A DNA stretch of 64,000 nucleotides from Heptranchias perlo. Its lineage: Eukaryota. The stretch covers positions 682,001 to 746,000 of the forward strand of contig NW_027138407.1 of the NCBI RefSeq assembly GCF_035084215.1, read 5' to 3'. The translations under genes were made by a program, and so were the position numbers. Under the pieces are notes generated by a model. It ran no database searches, was not told the origin of the DNA, and was given only the letters and a program-made list of their open reading frames with translations. Positions within the stretch are counted from its first letter, which is position 1; the number at the start of each line of letters is the position of its first letter. Positions 61,936-64,000 of the stretch are shown here, one piece after another.

Positions 61936-63057
61936 CACAGTGGTATATACCTGAACAAAAACCTGTTGTACTCAACTGCATTACCTTGTCCAGCCACCAT
62001 GTCTTGCCTTCTCCATGCCCATCGCGAGCTGCTACTTTTAATTTACACTCAATGTCTCCCTCGTATTCTAATATAATGCCAAACGAACCATGCAAGATAT
62101 TTGAGCACGGAATCATACGGAGAATAAACACATTAGGATTTTAGGATAATGTCAAAATATTTGTCGAGTTTACTAGCTACTGCCAAAACATAAGCAAAAA
62201 AAGGGTGACGCCCTGCAAAAATATTATTATGATATTTTCGATAGGAAAAAGTGTACCAGTTTTCAATGAAACCGGGAATCCAAACAACATTTCGATTTCA
62301 ATGTTGTTGGGCCAGAGTTCCTGCTCACTATTTCCCCAGTCTTGGTTACTTATATTACCTTTCATGTAAAACACATGACAATAATTTATTACAAACCGTC
62401 TGCCAGTAATACGAGTCGTTGGAGATTATAGACTTAAAAAATCTTTCTGATACATTTCCCTGACAAAAATCGCCAAGATTCTAATATTGGTAGATTTTTC
62501 CGACATTTCCATTGTTCATTTTCTTGTTCCTTGAATGAACTTTCTGATTCATATTCTAACTAAAGCACAATATTTATTTTTGGCAAATATAACTACACCA
62601 CAATACAATGCATATGGTTTTGTTAATGAAAAGCTAATCTTGAATAAACATGTAGACATATTGTCAGCCTTTAAAGAAAGTAACAAGGTTTATACATCTT
62701 GCAGTACCAGTCAGTAATTTAAATCTATTTTGGTAGCAACATTTTCAAAAGATATTGATCTCATTATCATCCGTTCTAGGTAATCATTCATTTAAAAAAA
62801 ATTAATTGTATTGCATTTTTGGCTTTTAATATGTATGTTTTACAGGACACATGGTATTAAGATTAATCTGACTTGAACTCTGTTTGGTACAAGTTAGTGA
62901 CTCACTGCAAATTCGAGGCTGTAGCATTTTTAAATGGCAGTTTATTTCGCCAAATTGTGGCTCTAAGTGAAATCCTCCCCAGATTTATAGATTCAAGTAT
63001 TATTTTTTGTTAGATTAATGAACCGACTATTATAAGTTATTACAAATCACGTCATTT

Positions 63058-63476
63058 GTGCTCCCTTGAATATAGAAGATTAAGGGGTGATCTAGTTGAA
63101 GTGTTAAATTTGATTAAATGATTTGAAAGGGTAGATAGATAGAATCTATTTCCTCTGGTGGGAGAGTCCAGAACAAGGGGGCATAACCTTAAAATTATAG
63201 TTAGGTGTTCGGGGTAATGTCAGAAAGCACTTCTTTACACAAAGGGCAATGGGAATCTAGAAACTCTCTCTCCCAAAAAGCTGTTGAGGCTGGGGTGAAA
63301 TGAAAGGTTCAAAACTGAGATTGATAGATTTTTGTTGGGCAAGGGTATTAAGGGTTACTGAACCAAGGTGGGTAGATGGAGTTAAGATATAATTCAGCCA
63401 TGATCTAATTGAATGGCGGAATGGGCTCGAGGGGCTGAATGGCCTACTTTTCCCAGGATGTCCTTATGTTCCTATG
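63058..63476 (+). mobile_element. CR1 LINE 3' fragment
   Basis: RRLRGDLVEV...; (ATGTTCCT) tail. Confidence 0.84.
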
Positions 63477-63603
63477 ACAGCTTTGGATCAATAATATTGC
63501 TTTAATTCAGATTCTTGTAATAAAACATTCTATGGCATTGTGGAGATTTCTAGGCACTTTGTTGGGGTGGGGGGAGGATAGGGAGGGAAAAGTGAGTACT
63601 CAC

Positions 63604-63666
63604 TCGGTATCACAACGAGTTTAGTCCCAGTTCCAAATATGAGCTCCTTAGTCCCTCCAATATTCA
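63604..63666 (-). CDS. TRAJ: TRAJ J33: NIGGTKELIFGTGTKLVVIP
   Basis: CACACCA 63667-73 / 12 / ACAAAAACC; donor GTGAG. Confidence 0.94.
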
Positions 63667-64000
63667 CACACCAATAAACATCCTAACAAAAACCAGCCTC
63701 TGTGGACGCAATTATACTTCACACACATTCTCAGTTGCTGTCTCTCTACTGTGAATTCTGCAGTCAGGGCAAGCATCAGAATATATTGTCCACATGAGTT
63801 ATTACTTTATTCCTGAGCATCAGTGTTGTAACTGGAAGTCTTTGAAGATTTTTTTTTGCGTTGCTTCATTATATTATCACAGAAATAGACTGCAGACTTT
63901 CATATTATTTTACCTTGACCGATTGAATGCAACAATTAAAATATGTGAGATTATTGATTAGCACTCAAGAACTGTGCTGGATAAAGTCAAAAAGCCCACT

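Larger units (their letters stand above)
55498..62150. repeat. Tandem segmental duplication, copy B (J23-J32)
   Basis: Starts atcaaaaatacacattgctgtaac (cf. 49017) and ends ttttaggataat (cf. ~55497). Confidence 0.95.

Noticed and set aside
62255-62330. Minus-strand peptide ...EMLFGFPVSLKT with a following GT
   Set aside because: Lacks the second Gly of FGxG and has no RSS at the right distance.
40933-63694. Regularly spaced conserved motifs with variable intervening sequence (CRISPR- or integron-like at first glance)
   Set aside because: Fully explained as RSS + J segments of a vertebrate antigen-receptor locus; no cas or integrase genes.

Overview
Eukaryotic (vertebrate) genomic DNA, almost certainly a cartilaginous fish (shark-type CR1/L2 LINEs, Deu-domain SINEs, Penelope-like ends). 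The window holds the 3' end of a T-cell receptor alpha locus on the minus strand. There are 33 J segments between 40.9 and 63.7 kb: 28 look intact and 5 are defective, each with a recognisable (sometimes degenerate) RSS, an FGxG-type motif and a phase-1 splice-donor position. A single intact C-alpha gene follows (Ig-domain exon 35532-35831, connecting-peptide exon 35360-35407, TM exon 33650-33756, plus an inferred separate 3'UTR exon). A ~6.5-kb tandem duplication (49017-55497 / 55498-62150) doubled a block of about 11 J segments; the paralogues differ mainly by amino-acid-changing substitutions in their CDR3-encoding half and show pseudogenisation, deletion and a copy-specific CR1 insertion. 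The 33 kb 3' of C-alpha is mostly retroelement fragments, with unique islands containing two identical 31-bp CTCF-motif elements facing the locus, ETS/RUNX/E-box/TCF clusters (enhancer candidates) and a perfect 95-bp-arm palindrome carrying a minimal hammerhead-ribozyme motif. J numbers are my own (counted from C) and repeat boundaries are approximate. Nearly all ORFs in the supplied track are LINE fragments or spurious.
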